Counted from the stretch's first letter, positions 13,944 through 25,873 are shown. The stretch is DNA of 51,769 bases from Caldilineales bacterium (GCA_026417535.1 JAOADB010000002.1:1-51769); one strand, 5' to 3'. Numbers and translations are program-made. Notes: generated by a model from the letters alone, not told the origin.

Positions 13944-14648
13944 TCACGACCGAGGCCCGGTCAGGCGTTGGGCCCGCCGGTGCAGGTAGAAAAAGCCCAC
14001 AGCCAGGATGAAAAAGGTGATCACCCCGCAGCCCAGCAGGAAGTAGGCCGTGTAGAGCACAAAGGTATCAATCAGCCTGACCAGCGGGTCGGTCGTCTCG
14101 ACCGGGGCCATCGCTTCGGCCGTCACCGTCACCGCCGTGGTGGGCACGGTGACGGTGATGCCCTCGCCGGGCGTCGGCAGGGGCAAAGGCGCCGCGACCG
14201 TCGGCGAGAGGATGACCGGCGGCAGGCCCGGCAGCGGCGGCGACGGCGTGGCGAGGGGGGTGGGTGTTTCACCGGGCAGAGGCGTAGCGGTGGGGATGGG
14301 CGTCTCGCCCGGCAGAGGGGTGGCAGTTGGAAGGGGTGTTTCACCGGGCAGAGGCGTGGCAGTGGGGATGGGCGTCTCGCCCGGCAAGGGGGTGGCCGTC
14401 GGCAGCGGCGTGGCCGTAGGGATGGGGGTGGCCGTCGGGAACGGCGTCGCCGTGGGCGCAGGCGTCGCCGTGGGCACGGGGGTACTCGTGGGCACGGGCG
14501 TGGCCGTGGGGCTATCGGTCTGGAATGCCCGCGCGGCCAGGGGGCCGACGGCGTTAAGACCGACGATAACGGCCAGGGTGGCCAGCGCCAGCCCAAAGAG
14601 CGCTGCGTGGCGTCGGGCAAAGCACACGAGAGAAGAGAAGCGATACAT
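13944..14648 (-). CDS. membrane-anchored Thr/Pro-rich tandem-repeat protein
   Basis: N-terminal signal-anchor, then about 130 aa of TATP(V/L/I)P and PGETP(I/L)PTATPL repeats (DNA about 14240-14515), then a C-terminal TM helix plus basic tail. Its stop is 7 nt before the GT-C gene start. Confidence 0.65.
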   Translation of the reverse strand: MYRFSSLVCFARRHAALFGLALATLAVIVGLNAVGPLAARAFQTDSPTATPVPTSTPVPTATPAPTATPFPTATPIPTATPLPTATPLPGETPIPTATPLPGETPLPTATPLPGETPIPTATPLPGETPTPLATPSPPLPGLPPVILSPTVAAPLPLPTPGEGITVTVPTTAVTVTAEAMAPVETTDPLVRLIDTFVLYTAYFLLGCGVITFFILAVGFFYLHRRAQRLTGPRS

Positions 14649-14851
14649 AATGGGCCATTATAAACCCCTCCGAAAGCCTTTGCACAGGCAACGGTCTTGT
14701 TTTAGAGTAGCCGATGGACGATGGAAGTCGCCTTCCGTCGTTTGTCCTTCGTCTCGGCCTGGGGCCGATGGCGGAGACGAACGACGAAGGACGGACGACG
14801 AAAAAGCTCCCCCAAGCTCCCTCACGCTCCCCCAAACCCCCGAGTTCACCC

Positions 14852-17284
14852 ATGAGCATGACCCTGGCTCTCATCCTCAGCGCCCTTGTCATCCTCGGCG
14901 CTGGTTTCTTCCTCCTGGTCTGGTGGGCGCTGGTCTATCGGCCTCATCCCCGCATCGAGGGCCGGCTGCGGGTGCCGGGACTGCAGGCGCGGGTCGAGGT
15001 TTTGCGCGATCGCTGGGGAGTACCGCACATCTACGCGCAAAACGAAGCCGACCTTTGGTTCGCCCAAGGCTTTGTCCATGCCCAAGACCGCTTGTGGCAG
15101 ATGGAGCAGCTGCGCCGCCTGACCGCAGGACGGCTCAGCGAAGCCGTGGGGGAGGAAGGCCTGCCGCTTGACCGGTTGGCGCGGGTGATTGGTTTCCGGC
15201 GCACGGCGGCCGCTCAACTGGAGCGTCTGTCGCCCGAAACCCGGACCGTGCTCGAGCACTATGCCCGCGGGGTCAACGCCTTTCTCGCCCTGTACGGCCG
15301 CCGTCTTCCCCTCGAATTCACCCTGTTGGGCATCCGGCCGGAACCGTGGACGCCGGTGGATTCCCTCAGCATCGTGCTGCTGTTGGGCTGGGCCCTCAGC
15401 GGCAATTGGCAAGAGGAACTGACCCGGGTCAGCCTCTATACGCGGCTGGGGCCGGCGCGGGCCGCCGAGCTCATGCCCGACTACCCCCCCGGCAACCCGG
15501 TGATCCTCCCTGGCGAGGTTCAGGCCGGGCAAGCCGAACGTCTGTTGCAGGCCTATCGCGAGCTGCAGACCTACATCGGCCTGACCGCCCCCGGCCAGGG
15601 GAGCAACAACTGGGTTGTCAGCGGCGAACGCTCCATCACCGGCAAGCCCCTGCTGGCCAACGACCCCCATCTGGCCGTGACCATGCCCGGCCCGTGGCAT
15701 CTCATCCATCTCGAGGCCGCAGGCGAATCGCCGCTGCGGTTGATCGGTGCCGGGATGGCCGGCCTGCCGGGGGTGCTGTTGGGCCACAACGAGCACATCG
15801 CCTGGGGCGCCACCGCCGCTTTCCCCGATACGGCCGACCTTTACGTGGAAAAACGGCATCCGCAAGACCCCACGCGGTTCCTCTACGGCGATGGTTGGGA
15901 ACAGGCCCAAACCTGGGAGGAGGAAATTGCGGTGCGCGGGGCCACGCCCCGTCGCCAAACCGTCACCGTAACCCGGCATGGCCCTCTGATCACCGATTTT
16001 TTGGCCGAACACGAGCGGAATTTCCCGCCCCTAGCCCTGCGTTGGGTGGGCTACGACGAGCACAACAGCATCGAAGCCCTGCTGGCCCTGCAGCGCGCCC
16101 GCGACTGGGAGGCGTTCTGCCAGGCGGCTGGCCGGCATGTCACCCCGGCCCTGACCCTGGTCTATGCCGACCGCGAGGGCAACATCGGCCTGATCGTGGC
16201 CGGCCGCGTGCCCATTCGCAGCGCCGGACAGGGACTGGTGCCGGCGCCGGGCTACACCGGCACGCACGAATGGGTGGGCTACATCCCCGCCGACGCCATG
16301 CCCCAGCGCTTCAACCCACCGGAAGGCCAGCTCTTTTCGGCCAATAACCGTGTCGTGCCCGACGATTATCCCTACTGGTGGGGGATTGACCTCTATCCGG
16401 GCTATCGCGCCCGCCGCATTGCCGAGCTGCTGGCTGCCCGGCCACGGCATTCGACCCGCGACTTCCAAACCTACCAGACAGACACCTTCACCCATCTGGG
16501 CCGGACGATCGCGCCCTATTTCACCCTGATTGACCCGAAAGACCCTTGGGAGCGCCGGGCGCAACGGGCCTTGCTGGAATGGAACTACCGCATGGACACG
16601 GACAGCATGGCCGCCGTGGTGTTCGAGCTATGCCTGTACCACTTGCTCCAGCTGGTCTTTGCCGACAAGTTAGGCCCGGCCGCGGCCGACTTCATCGGCC
16701 TGCCGCGGCTGCGGCCGCTCCTCGGCGGCGCTTTTGGCCAACAGGCCGTCACCAAACTGGCGGAATGGCTGGAACGGGAGGAGTGTTGGTGGTTCGGCGA
16801 GGGTTCGACCGGTCGCCCCCGCACCCGCGAGGAGCTGCTCGCCCTGGCCCTCAAACGGGCCGTTGAGACGCTGAAACAGGAAATCGGCGACGACGCCCGG
16901 CGCTGGCATTGGGGGCGTCTCCATCAAATCCTCTGGCCCCATCCCCTCGGCGCATTTCGCCCCTTCCGGCAGCTGCTCAACCGCGGGCCTTTCCCCGTCT
17001 CTGGCAGCCACACCACCCTCAACGCCCAACTGTTTGACTACACCGTGCCGCTACGCACGGTCACGGTGGCGCCCCTTTACCGGATGGTGGTGGACGTAGC
17101 CCAATGGGATCGCTCGTTGTTCATCGCCGCGCCGGGGCAATCCGGTCTGCCTGGCCACCGCTTCTACGACAACCTGATACACCTCTGGCTGGAAGACGAG
17201 ATGATCCCCATGGCCTTCTCGCGCGCCAAAGTGGAAGAATCCGACCCGTTGTATCGGTTGGAATTGATATCCAGTAACCAGTAA
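14852..17284 (+). CDS. penicillin acylase family (S45 Ntn-hydrolase) protein, possibly an acyl-homoserine-lactone/beta-lactam acylase
   Basis: N-terminal TM helix; VLRDRWGVPHIYAQNEADLWFAQGFVHAQDRLWQME; nucleophile context GQGSNNWVVSG; LANDPHL. Start moved to ATG 14852 because the upstream part of the track ORF translates an intergenic repeat. Confidence 0.9.
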   Translation: MSMTLALILSALVILGAGFFLLVWWALVYRPHPRIEGRLRVPGLQARVEVLRDRWGVPHIYAQNEADLWFAQGFVHAQDRLWQMEQLRRLTAGRLSEAVGEEGLPLDRLARVIGFRRTAAAQLERLSPETRTVLEHYARGVNAFLALYGRRLPLEFTLLGIRPEPWTPVDSLSIVLLLGWALSGNWQEELTRVSLYTRLGPARAAELMPDYPPGNPVILPGEVQAGQAERLLQAYRELQTYIGLTAPGQGSNNWVVSGERSITGKPLLANDPHLAVTMPGPWHLIHLEAAGESPLRLIGAGMAGLPGVLLGHNEHIAWGATAAFPDTADLYVEKRHPQDPTRFLYGDGWEQAQTWEEEIAVRGATPRRQTVTVTRHGPLITDFLAEHERNFPPLALRWVGYDEHNSIEALLALQRARDWEAFCQAAGRHVTPALTLVYADREGNIGLIVAGRVPIRSAGQGLVPAPGYTGTHEWVGYIPADAMPQRFNPPEGQLFSANNRVVPDDYPYWWGIDLYPGYRARRIAELLAARPRHSTRDFQTYQTDTFTHLGRTIAPYFTLIDPKDPWERRAQRALLEWNYRMDTDSMAAVVFELCLYHLLQLVFADKLGPAAADFIGLPRLRPLLGGAFGQQAVTKLAEWLEREECWWFGEGSTGRPRTREELLALALKRAVETLKQEIGDDARRWHWGRLHQILWPHPLGAFRPFRQLLNRGPFPVSGSHTTLNAQLFDYTVPLRTVTVAPLYRMVVDVAQWDRSLFIAAPGQSGLPGHRFYDNLIHLWLEDEMIPMAFSRAKVEESDPLYRLELISSNQ

Positions 17285-17355
17285 CCAGTAACCAGTAACT
17301 AGTAACTAGTAACTAGTAACTGGATACTGGATATTGGATATTGGTTACTGGTTGC
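17271..17355. repeat. tandem heptamer array (CAGTAAC x3, TAGTAAC x3, TGGATAY x3, TGGTTAC...) forming an imperfect hairpin between convergent genes
   Basis: Read directly. The first units encode the last residues and stop codon of the acylase. Related to the GGTAACT repeats at 11975-12002 and 48215-48434. Confidence 0.85.
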
Positions 17356-17358
17356 GAA

Positions 17359-18453
17359 TCACTTTTTCGGCAAAACCAGCAACGGATCAATAAGATAGCC
17401 GTAATCACGTATCTCGAAGTGAAGATGGGGTCCGGTAGAATTACCGGTAGAACCGACAAGACCGATAATATCACCCTTTTTGACGATATCACCCGATTTG
17501 ACAAAATATTCGCGTAAATGGGCATACAAGGTGATGTAGTCAATACCGTGATCGATCACGATATGGTAACCGTAGCCGTTATCGCTCCACCCGGCCGTCA
17601 ACACCGTGCCCGTATCGGCCGCATAGACCGGCGTGCCCGGTTCGGCGGCGATATCGAGGGCCATGTGCTGCCCGTGGCGAAAGCCCTGGGTGATGGCCGT
17701 GGCGCCGTTGGCGATCGGCCAGATGAACTGACCGTCGCCATAACGCCAACCGTTGCCCGGCGTCCGCGGGAGGCGCGCCTCTTCCGGGTCGCGGTAGCGG
17801 CTGCGGGCGTCGGGGACGAGCAGGTACTGACCGGGCCGTAACGCCGATTCGTCCACAAACGGATTGGCGCTCAGCAGCGCCTCCGGTTCGACCCCGTACC
17901 AGGCGGCAATACGGGCCAGGGTCTCGCCGGGCCTGACGCGATGACACAGGTCGCCAAGGGCCGGAATGAGGAGCACCATGCCCTCGTCCAATTCGTTCAC
18001 CGGTTGGCCATCCTCCTGCCGAACGCACGACATGAGCCTCACATCACGGCCGAGAGCGATGGCCAATCGGTTCAGGGTGTCGCCGGGTTCGACCGTATAG
18101 AGAAAGCGACCCACCGGCGGCCCGACATGGGGCAAGGATGCTGCTTCGGAGGCCGGTGAGGGAATCACAGCCGTTTCGGCGCGACCGGCAGGAGGGGGAG
18201 ACAGGCGCAGCTGCGGCAGGAAAAGGCGGTAGGTCGGCGCCTTTGCGCTTTCGCTAGCTGACGCCGGCCGTGGCGTCGGTGTGGGCGTGGGCGATGGTAT
18301 CAGTATGGGTGTGGGCAATGGCGCCGGTGTGGGTGTGGGCGGCGCCTGGAACAGTCCCCCCGGAGGCGGCAACGGCCCCCCGGCCAAAGCCCGCGAGGGC
18401 ATCGCGAGCAACGCGCCGAGCAACATGAGGACAAGAGACAGCAAACGGGCCAT
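17359..18453 (-). CDS. M23-family metallopeptidase with two LysM domains
   Basis: Signal peptide MARLLSLVLMLLGALLAMPSRALA and a Pro-rich linker. LysM motifs YTVEPGDTLNRLA and HRVRPGETLARIAAWYGV. M23 motifs HMALDIAA...GYHIVIDHG...GSTGNSTGPHLHFEI. The track ORF is over-extended by 163 codons. Confidence 0.9.
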   Translation of the reverse strand: MARLLSLVLMLLGALLAMPSRALAGGPLPPPGGLFQAPPTPTPAPLPTPILIPSPTPTPTPRPASASESAKAPTYRLFLPQLRLSPPPAGRAETAVIPSPASEAASLPHVGPPVGRFLYTVEPGDTLNRLAIALGRDVRLMSCVRQEDGQPVNELDEGMVLLIPALGDLCHRVRPGETLARIAAWYGVEPEALLSANPFVDESALRPGQYLLVPDARSRYRDPEEARLPRTPGNGWRYGDGQFIWPIANGATAITQGFRHGQHMALDIAAEPGTPVYAADTGTVLTAGWSDNGYGYHIVIDHGIDYITLYAHLREYFVKSGDIVKKGDIIGLVGSTGNSTGPHLHFEIRDYGYLIDPLLVLPKK

Positions 18454-18624
18454 AGGCGCACCGGTTGGACAATCGGCCGATGTTTCTCTATCATAACCGC
18501 AACGACTTCCCCCACTCAATACCTCTTTCTGGCTATATTTGGGCGCTCTGCGGCGCTCACATCCCGGATGGGGTTTCCGCTTTCCCGCTCCTTCGTTTCT
18601 CGACTTCCTCGTTTCCACCCTCGC

Positions 18625-19365
18625 ATGGGCCTCGCCGATCTCCACATCCACTCCGTTCACAGCGACGGCACGGCCACGGTCGCCGCCATCCTCCATCATG
18701 CCTCCGAGTTCACCGACCTGGATGTCATCGCCGTTACCGACCACGACACCCTGACCGGCGCGCTGCAGGCCTGCGAGATGGCCCCGCGGTTTCGGGTCCA
18801 GGTCATCCCTGGCATGGAGATCACCACCCGCGAAGGGCATCTGCTGGCGCTGTTCCTGGAGACGCCGGTGCAGCCCTGGCAGTCGTTCGTCGAGACGGCG
18901 GAACAAGTGCGGCTGCGCGGAGGGCTGCCTTTTGCCGCCCACCCCACCTGCAGCCTGGGCAAAAGCATCGGCAAGGCCCGCCTGCGGCGGATTGCGCAGC
19001 GCTATCCCGGTCTACTGGCCGGGATCGAAGCCGAAAACGGCGCGCTGGCCACGCTCCAGGACAACGCCGCAGCCCAGGACCTGCGCTGGGAGCTGAACCT
19101 GCCCGCTCTGGGGAACTCCGACGCCCACTCGCTGACGCTGATCGGCTGTGCGGCCACGGTGTTTCCCGGACATACTGCGGCCGATCTCCGCCGCGCGCTG
19201 GAAGCCGGCGCAGTCGTCCCGCTGCCGGTGCGGCGGGGGGATGGGTACTTTCGCCACATGGCCTGGCGTTTCGCCTTGCGTCTCGGCATGGGGTTGGTGG
19301 AAGGATTCGAGGGACGCGAGGGGACAGATGGGCGCCCGCGGCGGATGTGGGTGCGTGCGATTTGA
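18625..19365 (+). CDS. PHP-domain metal-dependent phosphoesterase
   Basis: MGLADLHIHSVHSDGTATV...IAVTDHDT...GMEITTREGHLLALF...AAHP...NSDAH are PHP motifs. Confidence 0.8.
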   Translation: MGLADLHIHSVHSDGTATVAAILHHASEFTDLDVIAVTDHDTLTGALQACEMAPRFRVQVIPGMEITTREGHLLALFLETPVQPWQSFVETAEQVRLRGGLPFAAHPTCSLGKSIGKARLRRIAQRYPGLLAGIEAENGALATLQDNAAAQDLRWELNLPALGNSDAHSLTLIGCAATVFPGHTAADLRRALEAGAVVPLPVRRGDGYFRHMAWRFALRLGMGLVEGFEGREGTDGRPRRMWVRAI

Positions 19366-19629
19366 ACGTGTGGTAATGGGGGATGCAGAACGGAAGATGG
19401 CGTTTTCCGCCCTTTGTCTTTCGTTTTGAAACGAGGCTGCAAGCTCTGAGAAAGGACGAGCGTCGGAAGGATTCGAGATGGACAGTTCCATCTCGTGATA
19501 TACTTTGTGATATACTACGGCGCTATCCGCCACAGCGGCGAACACACCCACGGTCTCTTCCCAAGCGGGCCATGGCAGTCGCCTTGCACGCCTCGCACCC
19601 TTTCGTTCCGAACGTGTAGTGAACCAGGT

Positions 19630-20313
19630 ATGTCGGTACGCCATTTCGTCTCCGTCTTCGACATCATCGGGCCGATCATGGTCGGTCCTTCCAGCTCCCA
19701 TACCGCCGGCGCCGTGCGCCTGGGCCTGGTGGCGCGGGCCATCCTCGGCGAGCAGCCAGCCGAGGCCCTCATCGAGCTGCACGGCTCCTTCGCCCACACC
19801 GGCCGCGGGCACGGCACCGACCGGGCACTCGTGGCCGGGTTGTTGGGGATGAAGCCGGCCGACGACCGCATTCGCCACAGTCTGGAGTTGGCCGCTGCGG
19901 CTGGGATGCGGATTCGCTTTGCCGAAGCCGATTTAGGCCAGGATGCCCACCCGAACTCGGCACGCCTGACCCTTGGCGCCAACCAACGCCGGGTGACGGT
20001 CGAGGGCGCGTCCATCGGCGGCGGCATGATCCGGGTGACCCGGATCGAGGGCTACGATGTCCTCTTCACCGGCGAACACGACGCCCTGATCGTGGTGGCA
20101 GAGGATCGGCCCGGCACCATTCACACCGTCACCGGCTTGCTGCTGGCCCATCAGATCAACATCGCCTTTTCCCGCGTCGAACGCCGCCAACGTGGGGGCG
20201 AGGCCATCATGATTTTCGAGACCGACGACCCCATCCCGGCCCTGATTCCGGAAACCATCACCGATTTTTACTGGGTGCGCTGGGCGCGACACGTGCCCAA
20301 AGTCACCGACTGA
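19630..20313 (+). CDS. sdaAB: L-serine dehydratase, iron-sulfur dependent, beta subunit (with ACT-like domain)
   Basis: SVFDIIGPIMVGPSSSHTAGAVRLG... is the hallmark N-terminus. The C-terminal part is ACT-like (ALIVVAEDRPGTIHTVTGLL). Confidence 0.9.
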   Translation: MSVRHFVSVFDIIGPIMVGPSSSHTAGAVRLGLVARAILGEQPAEALIELHGSFAHTGRGHGTDRALVAGLLGMKPADDRIRHSLELAAAAGMRIRFAEADLGQDAHPNSARLTLGANQRRVTVEGASIGGGMIRVTRIEGYDVLFTGEHDALIVVAEDRPGTIHTVTGLLLAHQINIAFSRVERRQRGGEAIMIFETDDPIPALIPETITDFYWVRWARHVPKVTD

Positions 20314-20534
20314 TGCCGGGCTTTCATCAAGCCGATGTCCGTGATAGCTCGGAGCCTCCCTTTGATCGCGTAGCGAAGCCACCGAGGACGAAGGAAACGC
20401 GAGACGGGGAAAGCTCCGTCTTTCGTCCACTTGGGATGGAACCCCATCGAAACCTGAGCCATCATCGTCATCGGCCTGAGTAGTTACGAAGTAACGTCAT
20501 AAAACCGTCACGTTTCTTTTCAGGAGCGAGTACC

Positions 20535-21446
20535 GTGTTCGATTCCCTCGCCGAAATGGTAGCCCAGGCCGAAAACCGGGGCTTGCCCTTGCACGAAATC
20601 GTTCTGCAGGCCGAGATGGCCCACAGCGGCAAACCGCGTGCCCAGTTGCGGAGTCGGATGAAAGAACGTCTGGACGTGATGCGCCGGGCGGCCGACGAAG
20701 GCGTGAGTCGGCCCGTGATGTCGCTCAGCGGCATCAGTGGCGGCAATGCCTATCGTTTCTGGCAATGGCTGGCCGACCACGAACCCCTGACCGGTCCCAT
20801 TCTTAGCCGAGCCGTGGCGCGGGCCATGGCCGTCAATGAGGTCAATGCCGGCATGGGCTGTATCGTCGCCACGCCTACCGCCGGCTCGGCGGGCATCCTT
20901 CCGGCCGTTCTCCTCACCCTGCAGGAGGCGCGCGGCTTCGACGATGAAGCGCTGGTGGATGCCCTGTTCACGGCCGCCGGGATCGGCGTCGTCATCATTC
21001 GCCGCGCCAGCGTCTCCGGCGCGGCCGGAGGTTGTCAAGCCGAGACCGGCAGCGCGGCGGCCATGGCGGCTGCCGCGGCTACCGAGTTGCTCGGAGGCAC
21101 CCCGCGGCAAGCCGCCCAAGCCGTGGCCATCACCCTCAAAAACATGTTGGGACTGGTTTGCGATCCGGTGGCCGGCCTGGTCGAAGTGCCCTGCGTCAAG
21201 CGCAATGCCGCTGGCGCGGCCCAATGCTTCATTGCCGTGGATTTGGCCCTGGCCGGGGTGGAAAGTGTCATCCCGCCCGACGAGGTCATTGACGCCATGG
21301 CGAGCATCGGCCGCCACATGGACGAACGGTTCAAGGAAACGGCCCTGGGGGGTCTGGCCGCCACGCCGACGGGGCGCCGACTGGCCCAGATCGTGCTGAG
21401 CGCCAATCCCTTCACCGTTTCGGTGGGATCACAATCCACAGGATGA
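20535..21446 (+). CDS. sdaAA: L-serine dehydratase, iron-sulfur dependent, alpha subunit
   Basis: GTG start with AGGAG upstream; GCIVATPTAGSAGILPAVLL, SGAAGGCQAETGSAAAMAAA and VEVPCVKRNA motifs. Confidence 0.9.
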   Translation: MFDSLAEMVAQAENRGLPLHEIVLQAEMAHSGKPRAQLRSRMKERLDVMRRAADEGVSRPVMSLSGISGGNAYRFWQWLADHEPLTGPILSRAVARAMAVNEVNAGMGCIVATPTAGSAGILPAVLLTLQEARGFDDEALVDALFTAAGIGVVIIRRASVSGAAGGCQAETGSAAAMAAAAATELLGGTPRQAAQAVAITLKNMLGLVCDPVAGLVEVPCVKRNAAGAAQCFIAVDLALAGVESVIPPDEVIDAMASIGRHMDERFKETALGGLAATPTGRRLAQIVLSANPFTVSVGSQSTG

Positions 21447-21606
21447 GATAGGGTAGAAAACCGGGCAGGCCACCGGGCAACAACAGCAACAGGAAGAGGA
21501 GACGGAACCAAAAGGGATGGATGCCGAAGAAGTCGCCCAGGCCGCCGCAGACGCCGGCAATGATGCCGTTTTGGCGACGGAGTGCTTTGTAACCGGAAGG
21601 AGACAT
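21412..21606 (-). CDS. PspC-domain membrane protein
   Basis: LRRQNGIIAGVCGGLGDFFGIHPFWFRLLFLLLLLPGGLPGFLPYLILWIVIP. Its 3' end overlaps the sdaAA 3' end by 35 nt (convergent). Confidence 0.75.
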   Translation of the reverse strand: MSPSGYKALRRQNGIIAGVCGGLGDFFGIHPFWFRLLFLLLLLPGGLPGFLPYLILWIVIPPKR

Positions 21607-21662
21607 GGTCAGGATTTGGCGGAAAGGAGGCAATGGCAGTAACTACCCAGGCCGATGACGAT

Positions 21663-21745
21663 GAGCGCAAGATGGCATCTCGCTGCGTCTTTCGTCCGTC
21701 GTCCCGGCGAGCAGCCGCTGGCTGGAAGGGAAGACCCATCCGGAA
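21663..21745 (+). repeat. ~115-nt conserved intergenic element, copy A (diverged)
   Basis: GAGCGCAAGATGGCATCTCGCTGCGTCTTTCGTCCGTCGTCCCGGCGAGC..GGAAGGGAAGACCCATCCGGA aligns with copies at 31299, 34512 and 38385. Confidence 0.75.
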
Positions 21746-22092
21746 AGAAAGACAGCGGACCGAGTCGCTGTTGAATAGCATAACCCAAAATACGCACGGA
21801 CAACGCATCGGGTTTCGCCATCAAGCTCAAAATGCCGTGCCCCCTCTCGGACATGAGGCCATCCCCTTCCTCCCCTGCCCCTCCCCTCCCCCACCGGCAG
21901 GAGCGGGGAGGGGCAGGAGAGGGATGAAGGCCCTTGGTGGCGGCTTGGCCTCCCACACCGCTTCGGCGTTGCTCGTGCGCCCCGTTGTACGACAACCCGG
22001 AATTTCCGAACAATCCGGGGAAGACACGTTTTGGCAGACCGGTTACCCGTTGCGGGTTACCGAGGTGGACACAAAAGGCCGAAGCGGGGATA

Positions 22093-23307
22093 ATGGCCTG
22101 GCAAATAATGCATCGCCCTTTCCTCCGAGCTCATCCTGACGTTCTTGTGTCGTCCACACCTGCATCCCGTCCTCCCCTTCACATTGCCATGATGGGCACA
22201 CGTGGAGTGCCCGCCGCCTATTCGGGTTTTGAAACCTGCGTCGAGCAATTGGGCGCCCGCCTCGTCGCCCGTGGCCATCGGGTCACGGTCTACGCCCGCA
22301 GCCATCACGTCACCTACGACCGCCCCACCTATCGGGGGATGCGGTTGATCAAATTGCCCACCGTCCCCAACAAGTACCTGGACACCATCGTCCATACCAC
22401 CCTTTCCAGCCTGCACGGGCTGACTCAGGGCTACGATGTGGTGCTCTATTTCATTGCCGGCAACAGTCCGGTGGTTTGGATCCCCCGGCTGATGGGCCAA
22501 AAGACCATCCTCAATGTGGATGGATTGGACTGGAAACGGGACAAATGGCCGGGGCCGGCGCGGCGCTACATTCGCCTGGCGGAACGGCTGGCCGGTGTGT
22601 TCGCCAACGCCGTCGTCACCGATTCTCGCACCATCCAACGCTACTACTGCGAGGTATATCGCACGCCTTCGACTTTCATCGCCTATGGCGCCGAACTCCC
22701 CCGCCGTGAGCCGGGCGAGATCCTGCGCCGTTTCGGCCTGGAGCCGCGGCGCTATGTGCTCTTCGTCGGCCGTTTGGTGCCCGAAAACTGCGCCCATCAC
22801 CTGATCGAAGCCTGGGAAGGGCTGGAGACCGACATGAAGTGCGTCATCGTCGGCGATGCGCCCTATGCCGAGGACTACAAAGCCGCGCTGCGCCGCACCC
22901 AAGACCCGCGCATCGTCTTCACCGGCTACCTGTTCGGCGAGGGCTACTGGGAACTGGCCAGCAACGCCTACGCCTTTGTCCTCACCTCTGGGGTGGGTGG
23001 CACCCATCCTGCCCTGGTCGAGGCCATGGCCTTCGGCAACGCCATCATCGTCCACGCCACCCCCGAGAACCTGGAGACCCTCGGCGATGCCGGCCTCAGC
23101 TACGATGGCCGTCTGGGCGGCCAGGCTTTGCGGGGCGAGCTGGCCCGTTTGCTGGCCGATCCGGCCCTGGCCGAGGAGTTGCGGCGCAAAGCCGCAGCGC
23201 GAGCGGCCCGTCATTACACCTGGGATGCCGTCACCGACGCCTATGAGCAGCTGTTTTACGATGTCCTGGCCGGACGTCGGGTGGCATCGTTCGAGACCGA
23301 AGCCTGA
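22093..23307 (+). CDS. GT4-family glycosyltransferase (DUF1972-type N-terminus)
   Basis: IAMMGTRGVPAAYSGFETCVEQLGARLVARGHRVTVY...DGLDWKRDKWPG...E..G.HPALVEAMAFG. The start is uncertain (22093, 22108 or an internal codon). Confidence 0.8.
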   Translation: MAWQIMHRPFLRAHPDVLVSSTPASRPPLHIAMMGTRGVPAAYSGFETCVEQLGARLVARGHRVTVYARSHHVTYDRPTYRGMRLIKLPTVPNKYLDTIVHTTLSSLHGLTQGYDVVLYFIAGNSPVVWIPRLMGQKTILNVDGLDWKRDKWPGPARRYIRLAERLAGVFANAVVTDSRTIQRYYCEVYRTPSTFIAYGAELPRREPGEILRRFGLEPRRYVLFVGRLVPENCAHHLIEAWEGLETDMKCVIVGDAPYAEDYKAALRRTQDPRIVFTGYLFGEGYWELASNAYAFVLTSGVGGTHPALVEAMAFGNAIIVHATPENLETLGDAGLSYDGRLGGQALRGELARLLADPALAEELRRKAAARAARHYTWDAVTDAYEQLFYDVLAGRRVASFETEA

Positions 23308-23335
23308 ACTTCCCCCTATCCCCTGAGAGTGGCCC

Positions 23336-25873
<2,538 letters not shown>

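Noticed and set aside
14240-14515. Possible CRISPR array (regular short repeats); the same question applies to 17271-17355
   Set aside because: The units are contiguous 36-nt or 7-nt tandem repeats with no unique spacers, and one set lies within a coding frame. No cas genes are present.
13935-15171. Gly/Arg-rich ORFs (13935-14663 +, 14137-15171 +, 14129-14620 -) resembling repetitive proteins
   Set aside because: They are alternative-frame or antisense readings of the Thr/Pro repeat DNA. The minus-strand TP-rich frame is the only one with membrane anchors and operon context.
17359-18942. Over-long track ORFs with odd N-termini (17359-18942, 32900-34591, 34636-35970, 35891-37153, 31997-32887, 14714-17284, 42903-43874)
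   Set aside because: The extra N-terminal segments translate intergenic repeats (..TKDERR.., ..MDDGR..) or overlap the neighbouring divergent gene. Internal ATG/GTG starts with signal peptides or family-typical N-termini were used instead.
21412-21446. 35-nt convergent overlap of the sdaAA and pspC-domain gene 3' ends as a regulatory antisense feature
   Set aside because: Short convergent overlaps are common in compact genomes, and there is no additional structure.
21868-21925. G/C-rich inverted repeat (CCTGCCCCTCCCC...GGGGAGGGGCAGG) with G-quadruplex-like runs upstream of the GT4 gene
   Set aside because: It is a single occurrence with no associated motif or gene-boundary logic I could support. 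It is likely just a stable hairpin in a long 5' region.
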